A DNA stretch of 64,000 nt from Octopus vulgaris (GCA_951406725.2 OX597818.1:79856001-79920000); one strand, 5' to 3'. Positions 12,888-26,497 are shown, counted from the first letter of the stretch. Notes: generated by a model from the letters alone, not told the origin. Made by a program: numbers and translations.

Positions 12888-13339
12888 TGAGATAAAAACC
12901 CAGGGCTGTGAAAGATTTTAGAACATTTATAAATAGGTGTTACATCTCTTTCCGGGATATTTATTATATCCCTTCATCGGAAACGGTGTGAGAAGATGTT
13001 TAAGCAAGATGTTTAAGCAAGATGTTTATTTTAGATAAGATATGAAATAGAGAGTGAAGTAAATGAATGTAAATAGATGTGAGATATGCAGGGATATTGC
13101 ATCTGTAGATCTATAACTGCCTAAATAATGGATCTACAGATGCAATATCCCTACATATATCACATCTATTTTCATTCATCAACTTCACTCTCTATTTCAT
13201 ATCTTATCTAAATTAACAATTGCTTAACCATTTTCTCACACCGTCTTCGATGAAGGGATATAATAAATATCCTGGAAACAGCTGTAAGACTTATTTATAA
13301 ATGTTCTAAAATCTTTCACAGCCTTGGATTTTTATCTCA
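12888..13339. mobile_element. Fold-back mini-element with hammerhead motifs (about 210-bp arms)
   Basis: Arms 12888-13111 and 13131-13339 are diverged reverse complements with a 19-nt loop, next to a long (TA)n. Confidence 0.85.
13243..13290 (+). ncRNA. Minimal type I hammerhead-like motif
   Basis: GTCT-TCGATGA-AGGGATAT-AATAA-ATATCCT-GGAAAC-AGCT-GTA-AGAC. Palindromic stem III ACAGCTGT and a GUA site. The first box deviates from CUGAUGA (CCGATGA in the mirror arm). Confidence 0.7.
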
Positions 13340-13499
13340 TTCTGAAAAATTCTTATATATACACATGCTGATATATGATCTATGTTGGACTCCTCATTCG
13401 CATAATCACCGAACCTGGAGCATAACTATAGTCTGTTCATAGCACTTACTCAGCATTACCCGACACCCTTGGGTCTTATTGACACCATTACCTCTCATA

Positions 13500-13570
<71 letters not shown>

Positions 13571-13779
13571 TATATACATATATAAAGTGTATTCGCTAGG
13601 AACGTATTAGAGTACAAAATAGAGCTCGTTCACCCTTAGAATTACCAAATAGCCGATAGTATTCTAAATCTAGGCTTAGGCATTCATCCTGTGCGAAAAA
13701 TGTATAGGATTTATTTAATAGCTGTCCAAATGTACTCTTTCAAGTTGACTCTATTTATAATATTCATATATATATGCCG

Positions 13780-13973
13780 AACAACTAAGTTATGGGAACA
13801 AAATCAAAGACACACACACACACACACACACAGTTTCCGTCTACCAAATCCACTCACTTTGGTCGGTCCGAGGCTATAGTAGAAGATATTTGCCCAAGGT
13901 GCCACGCAATGAGACTGAACCTAGAACTATGTAGTCGTGAAGCAAGCTTCTTACCACACATCCTCGCCTGCGC

Positions 13974-13975
<2 letters not shown>
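13780..13975 (-). mobile_element. SINE family A, partial
   Basis: cagtttccgtctaccaaatccactcac..cttaccacacatcctcgcctgcgcc. Confidence 0.8.
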
Positions 13976-14011
<36 letters not shown>

Positions 14012-14309
14012 ATATTGTATGGACAGTGGTCCCGTTAACAGACCGCTGACTTTTTAAAAATTCTTAAACATTAATGCTATACAAATTTTGCAGCACCGAT
14101 TCTCTGATGCTGTTAAATTTGTTATCAATATAAAGAGAACGGCAACTTGTTTCTTCTGAATTGGTCATGTGATGGCGACACCCCTGATAAATCTCGAATA
14201 GAGTCGAAATTCGATTAATGTTGTTCATAATTCTTTCAGTCTGCAGAGAAATAGGTAAAATTGACATGCTTGCATTTCTCCGACATAGGTTTAGATATGA
14301 TATTCTTTT

Positions 14310-14450
14310 CTACTCTAAGTACAAGGCCCGAAATTTTGGGGCAGGGGGCCAGTCGATTAGATCGACCCCAGTAAACAACTGGTACTTAATTTATCGATCC
14401 CGAAAGGATGAAAGGCAACGTCGACTTCGGTGGAATTTGATCTCAGAACG
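14310..14450 (-). mobile_element. SINE family C, partial
   Basis: Matches the reverse complement of 50350-50490. Confidence 0.8.
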
Positions 14451-15254
14451 GGTTTAGATATGATATTAATGCAAATATTGTTAAATACAGACGGTATATG
14501 CAGATATATAATCGCAGTTATATACTGACCATATATATGAATTTATATAGGTATTTATATTTAAAAGACATTATATGCGATCTCATATTACACAATGTAA
14601 CAATTTCTTTTCTTTTTTTATTGTCTTTGATCAGTGTTATTTCCTATTTGCTTCTATCTAGAAATCAAAGGAAATGACTACTATTCCCTTCAAACTTTTC
14701 TTTTGTGACTTGGACATCAATGTTTCAAAACTGACCTATTTCCCATTACATTTCAGACAGATTCAGCGCTGAATTGCTGGAGAAGAAATATCGTTATAGC
14801 AAATATTCTGCTCAATACCAAAGATTTGCTTGTCAGTTGCTTGACCTTAACCGCTTGAAAATAGCCCTTAATAGCTGACAATATGTGCATCTCTGATCAT
14901 GAGCAGGAGTAGTGGGGAGCAAGCATCACAGTCATGTGCTGAGGGGTTTTGGTAGGGTTTGAATCAATATAGCAAAAGTTTGAAGGAAATATTCGCCATT
15001 TTTCAAATTGGAAATAACAGTTCCTGTCCAATGACAAAAAGCTTGTTACACAGTGTTATTGATTTCTTACAGAAGCACCAGGCCTCAAATTTCGGGGTGG
15101 TACCAACATTCGGAAAGATTAAAGGTGAAGTGGACTTTAAAGAGATTTGTTCTCAGAACATGAAGCCCCTGGTTAGATGCCGCAAACTATCTTGTCTTTC
15201 TCTCACATGATTTTGCCATTCAGCCAACCTGTTTACGCATTGTTATTATTGGTG

Positions 15255-15370
<116 letters not shown>

Positions 15371-15504
15371 TAAGAGGGGATATACTGGTAGACTGGTTGT
15401 TGCAGGCACTGGTTGTAGTGGTGGTTAAGGTAAAGGTGTTGGTGACGGTGTTGGTAGTGGTTATTGCTATTGAACACCTATACATACATACATACAAACG
15501 TACA

Positions 15505-15628
15505 TACATACATATGATTTTTGATTTTGATTTTTCCAGTTTCAGCTAATGACCTGTGGCCATGCTGGGGCACCATAACCATATATATAATATATATAGA
15601 TAGATATGTATGTATATGATATATATAA

Positions 15629-15667
<39 letters not shown>

Positions 15668-15793
15668 CATATATATTTAATACATGTAGATAGATATGTT
15701 TGTATAAATATATATATATATGCAGTATATGCATATGATATATGATATAAATATACATATATATATATGTGTGTGCGTATATATTTATGTATC

Positions 15794-15824
<31 letters not shown>

Positions 15825-15830
15825 GTATAC

Positions 15831-15890
<60 letters not shown>

Positions 15891-15892
15891 AC

Positions 15893-15925
<33 letters not shown>

Positions 15926-16047
15926 CATAAATATATACGCACACACATATATATATATGTATATTTATATCATATATCATATGCATATACTGCATATATA
16001 TATATATTTATACAAACATATCTATCTACATGTATTAAATATATATG

Positions 16048-16102
<55 letters not shown>

Positions 16103-16226
16103 TTATATATATCATATACATACATATCTATCTATATATATTATATATATGGTTATGGTGCTCCAGCATGGCCACAGCTCATTAGCTGAAACTGGAAAAA
16201 TCAAAATCAAAAATCATATGTATGTA
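15505..16226. repeat. Giant near-perfect palindrome 1 (about 360-bp arms)
   Basis: A SINE tail and irregular microsatellite variants are mirrored around a (TA)n centre near 15865. Confidence 0.9.
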
Positions 16227-16227
16227 A

Positions 16228-16342
16228 AAAATTTTGGTAAAAAAATATATATTACAACTAAACTTATATGAATTTTTTAGACTGCAGACTTTAATAATTG
16301 CTTTCCTTTTGTAAAAGTTGTATACAAGCAGATTATTTTATA

Positions 16343-16385
<43 letters not shown>

Positions 16386-16875
16386 AATCCAAACGGGAAA
16401 ACAAAAAAACAACAACAGTGGAACAATTACAGTATTATTATTAATAGGCGCTCAGGAAATAGGAAGCAGGAAGGTATGACGTTTCGAGCGGAGCTCTACT
16501 TTATTTAAAGCAGCAGAAAATTCAACAAAATACCGGAGTAAACACATAAATGTGAAACAAGGTGGAAAAAAGAGTACTCAAATACCAGTGGTAGAGTAAT
16601 ATGCTTTTATTTAAAGCAGCAGAAAATTCAACAAAATCTGTTACTCTGAGTTTCTCGTTGCCGTACATCAGACAGTTTTTGCTAGCAAAAACTGTCTGAT
16701 GAACGGCAACGAGAAACTCAGAGTAACAGATTTTGTTGAATTTTCTGCTGCTTTAAATAAAGTAGAGCTCCGCTCGAAACGTCATACCTTCCTGCTTCCT
16801 ATTTCCTGAGCGCCTATTAATAATAATACTGTAATTGTTCCACTGTTGTTGTTTTTTTGTTTTCCCGTTTGGATT

Positions 16876-16926
<51 letters not shown>

Positions 16927-17040
16927 TATAAAATAATCTGCTTGTATACAACTTTTACAAAAGGAAAGCAATTATTAAAGTCTGCAGTCTAAAAAATTCA
17001 TATAAGTTTAGTTGTAATATATTTTTTTTACCAAAATTTT
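16228..17040. repeat. Giant near-perfect palindrome 2 containing two PLE-terminus-like families
   Basis: 16228-16531 mirrors about 16730-17040. An inner loopless palindrome 16606-16761 is centred on gctagc. Confidence 0.9.
16688..16734 (+). ncRNA. Type I hammerhead ribozyme with canonical core
   Basis: AAAACTGT-CTGATGA-ACG-GCAA-CGA-GAAAC-TCAGA-GTA-ACAGATTTT. Stem I pairs, stem II is short with a GNRA loop, stem III is ACTC/GAGT, and the GUA site is at 16723-16725. Confidence 0.75.
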
Positions 17041-17743
17041 CTTTTCTAAATGAAGATTTCAAGGATGCGCTTCAATCACAAAATTAATTTTTATTCACTG
17101 CGCAATAACATCTTACACTGCGAGGTGGCGTGCTTTTTAACGTCTCTGTTTATAAGTCTGGAAATATACAGATAACTAAAATATTTGTAAGGCGACTTTA
17201 TTCAAATAATAGTGGTTTAATCCAACGTCAGCCAAATTATGTTAATTCTAGTATCCTTTCATATCTCTTGAGTGTTATTGAAGAACTAGAAAACTAATTA
17301 AGAAAACCGGTTTTAATTTACTTACATCATGGGTATAACTAGGGCAGGACCCCCTCCACAGCCTTTGTTTCCTCATAATTTTCTAAAAATTAATATTTTC
17401 TAATGAAATCTTCTATAAGTATATTTCAAATTATGTAGATTACGATCATATTGGGTTTTACTGTGGAAAAACTTTTTCAGAGGTAGAAAAGAGGAGTTTC
17501 GGATAATTCGCACCCTTCGATTTGTTTCCGCATACGTTTTCTTGATTTAATTACAATTATATTGACAATTTTGAGAGCTATTCCAGCCTTTGCGAAATTT
17601 CTCTGAAAGAAATCTTTTTAAAACGGATGGTGCAATGCTAACATTAATTATTGAATATGCTTTTCTTTCATTATTTCATCGCGATCACAATCTCACCTTT
17701 TTAAACAAGCTCAAAAGTAGTCTATACTCTACGTGGTTATTTA

Positions 17744-18308
17744 TTGGGTCGTCCGGAAAGTTCGTGCCGATTTTAAAGGAAAGAAAAAGGTCAATAGATA
17801 CTTGCCATACATTTTTAATCAACCAAATATGAACCATTTTATTGCACAATGCGTCCCCATCTTTCCTTTAACTTTAAAAAACCCTCTTCCTAGAATTGAG
17901 GTGGTTTCAGGGCAAAGAATTCATCAAGGTATCTTTTTACGTCATACAAGGAATTGAAATTTTTACCATTAAGACTATTCTACAGAGACCAGAATAAGTG
18001 GAAATCCGAAGGAGCAATATCTGGTGAATATGGAAGGGTGGGGTAACGTATCCCAGCCGAGCTGCAGCAATTTTTGTCTCGTTTCCAAAGCATCAAGTGC
18101 CGAAAATGAACTTTCTTATCTTCCATTTTAAAGGGTTATAGAATTAACACAGGTGATAGGAACATAAACCTTCTTCCACGAAACGATAGCTTAAACTGTG
18201 CTCTAAATGGAGGTGTAGTCAAATCCTATTTTATGGACTCAACCATGTTCTAAAATAAATCGAAAGGTGAGCTGCTATAAATCGGCACGAACTTACCAGA
18301 CAACCCAA
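17744..18308 (-). mobile_element. Non-autonomous mariner (MITE-like deletion derivative), copy 1
   Basis: TIRs ttgggtcgtccggaaagttcgtgccgatt / aatcggcacgaacttaccagacaacccaa with TA TSDs. Minus-strand HPPYSPDIAPSD-like remnant. Confidence 0.9.
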
Positions 18309-18680
18309 TAATTTGTTAAAACTAGCAAGGTTCATGTGAGTCTCAAAAGTAATTTTTAACATAATTATAATTAAATAATCAAAACGTATGAGGAATCAAG
18401 GTCAAGATACATGAAGTAATCACATTGTAACATGTAACGAAAAAGGGAAAAGCAGATGACACTTTCTCTAAACAAATGAAAGAAAATAAAACATCTCTAT
18501 TAATAAGGTGTTTGTGTTATGTCATATTTGAAATTTTAATCGGATTTTAGTAATATTTCGAAGATATCAGAATGTGTGATATACATATTTAAGGGAACTT
18601 GGTAATTATTTCTAGTAGGATGTGGGATGCTCTAGAGACGTCATTGTTGACTCATCGATAAAGACATGGAGAGAGAAAGG

Positions 18681-18797
<117 letters not shown>

Positions 18798-19179
18798 TCA
18801 AATAGACAGATTGCAAAACCTACCTTAAATATAATAGTTGGTGTAAAGACCTCTACAATTACCTGTAAACATTTCATCCTTTTAGGGTTGATAAAATATA
18901 TATCTATTGTAGCTGTTGTTGTTGTTCTTCTTCTTCTTGTTTTTCTTTTATCTTGCTCCTCCACTTTTTTCTTTCTTTCTCCTCCTCCTCTTCCTCCTCC
19001 TTCTCGCTTATCTCTGACTGCAGAAAACTACGACCAGTTGTTGTCCAGCTGTGATCATATTGTAATAGTTTCGCCCCAGATCAACTGTCACTGACTAAAT
19101 ATATACTCAACGGCGCTCCAGTCTTGACCAACTCGTCTTTTTAAGAGCATCTAGGACAGTATTATCTAAAGCGGTCTTT

Positions 19180-19473
19180 TCTTCAGTCATGGACTACAGC
19201 CATGTTGGGGTACTACCTCGAAGTGTTTAATTGACCAAATCGAGCCAGAACTTATGCTATCGTTGTCATTTGCCGAACCGCTAAGTTACTCGGGCGTAAA
19301 CAAACCAACGCTGGTTGTCAAGCGACCGTGGCGACAAACAACGCAATTACATCACGCATACAATATATATATATATGTGTGTGTGTGTTTATATATGTGT
19401 GTATGTGTGTGTGTGTATTTATACATATACATACATGCGTGTGTGTGTGTATACATGTGGGTCTGTGTAATAT

Positions 19474-19513
<40 letters not shown>

Positions 19514-19590
19514 GCACTCACCATGTCGGCCCAAGGCTATTGTAAGATACACTTGCTCAAGATATCGCGCAGTGGGACAGAACCTTGAAC
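19180..19590 (-). mobile_element. SINE family A, diverged
   Basis: ttgccgaaccgctaagttac..ggttgtcaagcg and a head remnant. Confidence 0.75.
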
Positions 19591-19783
19591 CATTGACTCC
19601 AGCCTTATTGCATAACATGTCACCTTGACTCAGTTACAAAACTGGGCAATGTGTACGCGTGCCTGCGGAATACTCAACTGCAAAGGCATTGATGTCACTA
19701 GTAGGAATTCATTTAGTTCAACAGCTCAATGCTCATCCTCGAAACCAATGGAGAATCTACTACAGTTGCTGATGAAGCTGTTG

Positions 19784-19785
19784 TC

Positions 19786-19843
<58 letters not shown>

Positions 19844-19846
19844 CAC

Positions 19847-19899
<53 letters not shown>

Positions 19900-20359
19900 C
19901 AATCAGGACTCACGCCATTATCCACAAAGAATAATTCGAGCCTACTCTAAGCTACTAAGAATGCGTGTGGCAACTTGAAGATCCACCCACCACACGCGAT
20001 AGACTGGCGGTTGCACGGGCGCGAAAGCTACGTTGTTATCCTCATTCCGTAAACGGTGGCTTTTAACGAGTGGAGAGCTGAACCATCCTGGGGTACAGAG
20101 GATTCGCAATCTAGACTAGGGTCTGAAAGTTTACCACACCATAGTGGTTTACAACATGGTTCCTCTGCTTCGTGGCAGAAGTAGGAAGAAAGAGTGAGAG
20201 AAAGTTGTGGTGAAAGAGTACACACGGGGTTCACCACCACCACCCCGCCGTAGCCTCGTGGAGCTTAGATGTTTTTACTCCATAAAAACTCACAATGCCC
20301 GGTCTGGGAATCGAAACCGCGAGTCCGCTGACCTAACCACTGGGCCATTGCGCCTCCAC
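19784..20359 (-). mobile_element. SINE family B, full length with (AAT)n tail and 11-bp TSD
   Basis: Reverse complement of 4046-4497. TSD tgaagctgttg at 19773-19783 and 20360-20370. Confidence 0.9.
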
Positions 20360-20518
20360 TGAAGCTGTTGCTGGTCTTTACAGTTGCTGCTACAGTAATG
20401 TAGTACTTAGCTGTTTACATGACAATAACAGTATTTCATTTCCTAACAATTTTCATTTTCCGTGTGTAAAATAAGTGTATGCATGCATGTATGTATGTAA
20501 TATGCATATGTGCGTATA

Positions 20519-20602
<84 letters not shown>

Positions 20603-20603
20603 C

Positions 20604-20659
<56 letters not shown>

Positions 20660-20671
20660 ATGTGTGAAATA

Positions 20672-20735
<64 letters not shown>

Positions 20736-20754
20736 ATGTGTGTGGGCAGTAAAG

Positions 20755-20797
<43 letters not shown>

Positions 20798-21216
20798 TAC
20801 GTATATATGTTTGTGTCTATAGATGTATGTGTACCTGTATGTAGCTGTGTCTGTATAGACGTGTGTGTGTATAGGGGAATATTACATTACCATCTTGCCT
20901 TAACTCTTTCACCCCAGGATGAAGTAGTTTACATCTACCACATTAGCTCCACCCACAGAAACCGCTAGACGGAGCGTCTATGTTTTCTTCTCCCTCCCTC
21001 TCTCTCTCTCTCTTTCTCTCTCTTTGTGTCTCTCTTTCTCTCTCTCTCTCTCTATCTTTATCTATCTCCTACGACATGATAACCACAGAATAAAGCACTA
21101 CAGTAGCGTATATATACTGTGTTTGTGTCTGTATGTCTCTGCGTGTCTGTATGTGTTTTTACATATATCTATCTATCTATATATTATATATGTGTGTGTG
21201 TGTGTGTGTGTGCATA

Positions 21217-21252
<36 letters not shown>

Positions 21253-21289
21253 CATACATACATACATACATACATACACATAGATGATG

Positions 21290-21960
21290 GGAAAAGATCT
21301 GTTTGTAAAGGGATGGAGGCGGGGTTTTCGAATGTGAATTAACGAAATGATGTTATTGGTTCGGAGGGTAGGTGGTGAGGTAGAATCAAATGATGACAGA
21401 TGAGCGATCATCGTTATGTCGTGCACTGAATATACAGAATTAGAATTGCAGTAAGAAATCTTCTGGAATCTTTTGCATATTTGCAGATTAAGACAAATGT
21501 TACTCTTTTGGTATACAACTCTATGTTTGGATTCTACCAACTTACTTCCAGTTGAAAACCCCGAAAGTTCTTTAAAACTTAAATCACTCGGGCTAGACAT
21601 AGGAAGTCAGCAAAGTATTCTCGCCACCTCTTTTCTGCTTTTTCTTTTTTTATTATTATTATTATTTGTAGAGAGAACAACCCCAGCAGAGTACTCAATG
21701 GCAGGTGTAGAAAAAGGTTTCTTGTTACGAAGATTAGAACGTCGCAGGAAATAATCAAAAGATGGGCTCTTCAAGCCGAACCAACTGGCAGGAGACCTAG
21801 GGAAGACTAAAAGCGAGATGGTTAGATAATATCCATAGATATTTCTGTTGGTCACTCTTAAGACTTCATCCGAAGAAAGTCAAATGACGGTTGCTTTTGA
21901 TAGGGCTCTATGGACCGGTTGCATTTGATAGGGCTCTATGGACTGGTTGCCTGAGAACTA
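21290..21960 (-). mobile_element. Highly decayed LINE 3' fragment (similar to 6330-7030)
   Basis: Peptides FSTPAIEYSAG and HIRKPRLHPFTNRSFP resemble RT C-terminal motifs. Confidence 0.45.
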
Positions 21961-22417
21961 CACTCTACAAGGTATAGTAGGTGAAGAAGATGGCTAGATG
22001 TATAGAAACTTCCAGATTTTAAAAAATAAAAGGACATTTTATAACGTGTAAAGTCGCATTATGAAAGAATAATTCAGGAGAAAAATGGTGACAAATTCTT
22101 TCAGAATATTTTGCTTTAATGGCTATTATAATTGTTTCGATCGATAGAAATGTGTACATATATATAAGTGAACCTTTTATCTCTTTCATCTTTCGGTCAC
22201 TAGACAGCGGCCATGCTGGCCACCGTCTTGAAGTAGTTTTAGTTGAATGAATCGACAGGGTCGTTCTTTATGTTGTTTGTTTTGTTTTACATTTGTGTCT
22301 TTCGTTGTTCAAAAGAATAGTTCATCTACCATGTACTGTGTTTCATACTTTTTTGTTGTACACGTTTTGTGACGTCCTGTGCCAACATATGCATATATAT
22401 ATATATATACATATATT

Positions 22418-22597
22418 AGATCGCTAGCCACTACACACATGTTTTCTCTCCTTGTTTCTTTCCGTGTTCCTTTCTGTGGAAGTGCGTAGGCTCGAAACGT
22501 TAAAGACTTTTTCGATTCCCGAGCGTTATACTAATACATCTGTTTGTTTTCTATACCACCTGTCTTCGTATTTTGTTGTTTTTTTGTGAATTCTCCC
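22418..22597 (+). mobile_element. PLE-terminus-like mini-element with hammerhead motif (22470-22505) in (TA)n
   Basis: CTTT-CTGTGGA-AGTGC-GTAG-GCTC-GAAACGTT-AAAG, followed by a T-rich 3' tail. (TA)n lies on both sides. Confidence 0.65.
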
Positions 22598-23399
22598 TAT
22601 ATATATATATATATATATTTTACTTAAAAAATTGGAGTCAACAAGAAGGGGTACGGTTGGACACTTATTTTTTAATCACTACAATTGTTTCCACGCAACG
22701 TAGTTCTCCAGGTGTGCAGGTACTTGATTATGCAACCGCTTCCTGGCATTATGAGATCTAGTTGTTTCTTTAGGCGATATGTAAATATTGTCTCCGTATA
22801 TTTACACATGTGTATGTATGTGAGTGCGCGTATATATCCGTGTGTGGGTGTGTGTGGGTGTGTTGGAATATATAGATATATGTGTGTATGTGTGTGTGCG
22901 TGTGTGTGTGGTGTGTGTGTATGTGTGTGTGCGTGTGTGTGTATGTGTCCGAGCGTTAGTACGCATATGGATGTATATGTGAACCAACATATATGTGTAC
23001 GTATAGGCCGAATCTTAAAAGTCAGCTAAGGACAATCGCTTGTGTAACCAGCCATGAAGAACAAATCGATAGTACAAAGAGATCAAATGCCAATCCCTTT
23101 AAAACGGTAACCACTTTAACAGTAGCAGAATCACCATCTCACTACATCTATGCATTCAAAGCAGTTTGCCAACGGTCCTTTAGCGACAAAACACCCTGGT
23201 AAACCCAGTGACTACAACTAAATTCAGGCCAGACAGACTGAGAGGATGTTCTTGAAGCCGAGAATTTATGTTTTTGTTCTGTTGCCGAAATGCTAAGTAA
23301 TTGGCAATATAAAGAAACTATCACCGCTGGCTGTCAAGTAGTCGTCGGACAAAGACAAAGGCATGCACACACACACACATACACACACACGCACGCACG

Positions 23400-23430
<31 letters not shown>

Positions 23431-23603
23431 ACACACACTCACACAAACACTCACACACACACACTCACACAAACACTCACATACACACACATACGCATTA
23501 TAAGTCCTCTCATAAGCTCTTGAAAATTTTAATAACCAAAATATAAAGATAGGTAGCTAGAGAGAGACAGACAGACAGATAGACAGTCAGACAGACTGAC
23601 AGG

Positions 23604-23645
<42 letters not shown>

Positions 23646-23690
23646 TACAGACAGATAGACAGACAGATAGACAGACAGACAGACACATAT

Positions 23691-23768
<78 letters not shown>

Positions 23769-23934
23769 TTTTGTTTCGAGTATTTGCATAATTCTATGCT
23801 CGCAAATTGTGGACAACAGCGTCATCAGTTCCGTATATCAAATACGCTGGTTCAAATCACTGGTTCGTTGTGATTGCCACTGCAACTCGGGGCAGAACGA
23901 ATATTACTAGTGATGATATTTAGAGAGGACAAGC

Positions 23935-23995
23935 GACGATGATGTTACCGATGATGAGAAGGTGGAGGGAGATGGTAACGGCAGTAACGGCAGCA

Positions 23996-24039
<44 letters not shown>

Positions 24040-24425
24040 AACAATGAGGACGATGGTGACGATGAGGATGATAGTGATGATGACGATGAAGATGACGACG
24101 ACGACGACAACGATGAAAACGATGAAGAAGATGATGGCGAAGATGACGACGACGACTATGATGATGGTGATGATGATAATGACGATAATGATGATGATTA
24201 CAGCGAAGACGACGATGACGGAGACAGCGGCGACAAAGATAACAAATACGCCCGACAAACGACGTTGATTACTACTACTACTACGACGACGACGACAATG
24301 ACAGCGTTGACAATGATGACAATGAAAACAATGAGGACAATGATGATGACGACGACGATGATGATGACGATGATGGCGAAGATGAGGATGATGATGATGA
24401 CGACGACAACGACGATAATATAATT
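23935..24425. repeat. Degenerate (GAT/GAC)n microsatellite
   Basis: Trinucleotide repeat open in several frames on both strands. Confidence 0.9.
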
Positions 24426-24777
24426 TATGACTATTTACGCTGTATCGTGTCAGTAGAAGTCTTCCACTAAACTCTCACTTTACTAATCTATTTAGTCTTC
24501 CCTTTAATAATATTTATATTATAGTAATCACTGTGGACGGCTATTGCTATACGTCTTTTACTTTCTGTAGTGGCTTCTATTTAGCACCAACTAAATATTT
24601 AGTTCACGACTTTGTACAGTCTCTCGTCATATTTACGTGCGTAGGTTTATGGGTGCATGGGCTTATGGGTTTTACTATGCAATGGGTGTACATATATATA
24701 CGTGTATATTTCTATGTATGTGTGTGTGTGAGAGATATATGAATTTATAAATGCATGTGTGTGTATATAAATATATA

Positions 24778-24838
<61 letters not shown>

Positions 24839-24964
24839 GTGTACATTTATATGCATAAATACATACACACAGACACACACTCATGCACACAGCCGCAAAC
24901 TCACATACATGTACCCACATAATTTTATATATAGATGTGTGTGTATGTGTCTTTGTGTGTGTTA

Positions 24965-25400
24965 AGAATGCAACATTTTCTAGCCCTGTCCTTTTTCAAT
25001 AAGTTGTTAGCGCGGTTATAGTTTCGCGTTAGTTTCTTCCAGTTTGGAAAGATACAATACCTAAATCCATTATCACTATTCTAGACTTTCTCGGCGGCAA
25101 CTTCAGGATGTGAGGTGATATTAGCTTATGTAACTGCCTCTTTATTAATAGATAAATGTAATTTGCTAACAATAAAAGCAAGATTTGATTTTTGAACCTT
25201 GGGTGTATACGTCACCAGTCACGTGTTTATTTTCTTCTGACATTTGTGTTATTTGTCTTTTAACTTTAACATTGTGTTGAATAATATCTCCATTATTAAT
25301 CGAATATTTTTGTTGGAAATGCTTTATTGAATATAGAGTAAATAGTCATTGCTGATTTATTATTTCGACGTTTGTGTTGTGTGGTCTGTTTTACTATTGT
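24965..25400 (-). pseudogene. Possible decayed Penelope-like GIY-YIG C-terminal region
   Basis: Minus-strand fragments RFKNQ..LANYIYLL, NGFRYCIF and NNLLKRTGLENVAF loosely resemble the order of PLE C-terminal motifs. Heavily disrupted. Confidence 0.3.
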
Positions 25401-25567
25401 TCAGTATTGTGAGCACATGTTAAACTTACGAGAACGTGTTATGCACGTTTGGCTAATGTATGACTTGGAGTCGCTGGTATTGTGAAGTTCACATCACAAA
25501 TGCAAATACAATGATACATGCACATATCCATCGATAGATCGACAGATAGATAGATAGATATAAATTG

Positions 25568-25637
<70 letters not shown>

Positions 25638-25638
<1 letters not shown>

Positions 25639-25824
25639 TATCCGCTCAGTCGAAGTCGACTTTCGGTTACTCGATGGATCAGTGTCCTCCAGTCAGTTAT
25701 ATCCGGGGCCGCTTCTTTCAGAACATGTCCAATCCGGTATCACTCTTGATGGTGTCAAGCCAGCGGGTTCTTGGTCGGCCTCTTCCTCTCTTGCCACTGA
25801 CCATTCTGAGCATGATGTCCTTCT
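25638..25824 (-). mobile_element. RTE (BovB-like) LINE 3' end
   Basis: KDIMLRMVSGKRGRGRPRTRWLDTIK is a typical RTE C-terminal motif, followed by an RTE-type 3' tail. Confidence 0.85.
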
Positions 25825-25934
25825 GTGTGTGTAGATATATATATAAATACACACACACGCACACACACATATATATGAATGCACATGTATTTATGTATAT
25901 ATATGTATGTGCACGTGCATGAGGATGCATGTGC

Positions 25935-26052
25935 TTTGGTCGGTCCGGGGCTGCAGCAGAAAACATTTGTCCAAAGTTCCGCACAATAGGACTGAACCCG
26001 ACACTACATGATCGCTAAGCAAGTCTCTTAACCACACAGACATACCTGCACC
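25935..26052 (-). mobile_element. SINE family A head
   Basis: gctttggtcgg..gactgaacccg..cttaaccacacagacatacctgcacc. Confidence 0.7.
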
Positions 26053-26497
26053 AATACTAAAACTTTTGTCGCGATATCTTAATCAAGAGCATATTAGAAT
26101 TGTTATTAATTCCTCATAAATCACTTTTCGTTAACCAAACAACTAAATTATCATTTTTCTTCATTATCCATGTTACTTGTTTGACATTGTCCGTAAAATA
26201 CCCGCTAATTGAAAAATAAAAACTGGATTAATTAGTTAAGCAGTTATATATTGAATATATCGGGCTTCTCTTAAGATGTATGATGGTTTGTTGAAAGAAA
26301 TGTATGTAAATAAATAAAACTCAAATTATTTGATATGGAAGATGTTTTAATCTTTCTAATTACAGAAATCTGTGTGGAATTTTGGAAGTTGATTATCGCA
26401 AGTGTGCAGGGGCCCATTGTATGTGTATACACACACACACTCACACGCACACACATATGCATACATATACATATACGTATTTAATGCGTGTGTGTAT

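Noticed and set aside
19769-19783. CTGATGA box
   Set aside because: No matching GAAA box or stems; it overlaps the SINE target-site duplication.
20875-20990. Possible HHR remnant (GGATGA-AGTAG..CTAC)
   Set aside because: The GAAA box is not adjacent to the stem and there is no stem I or III.
23907-24423. Poly-Asp ORF resembling an acidic biomineralisation protein
   Set aside because: Degenerate (GAT)n repeat open in several frames, with no signal peptide or clear splice sites.
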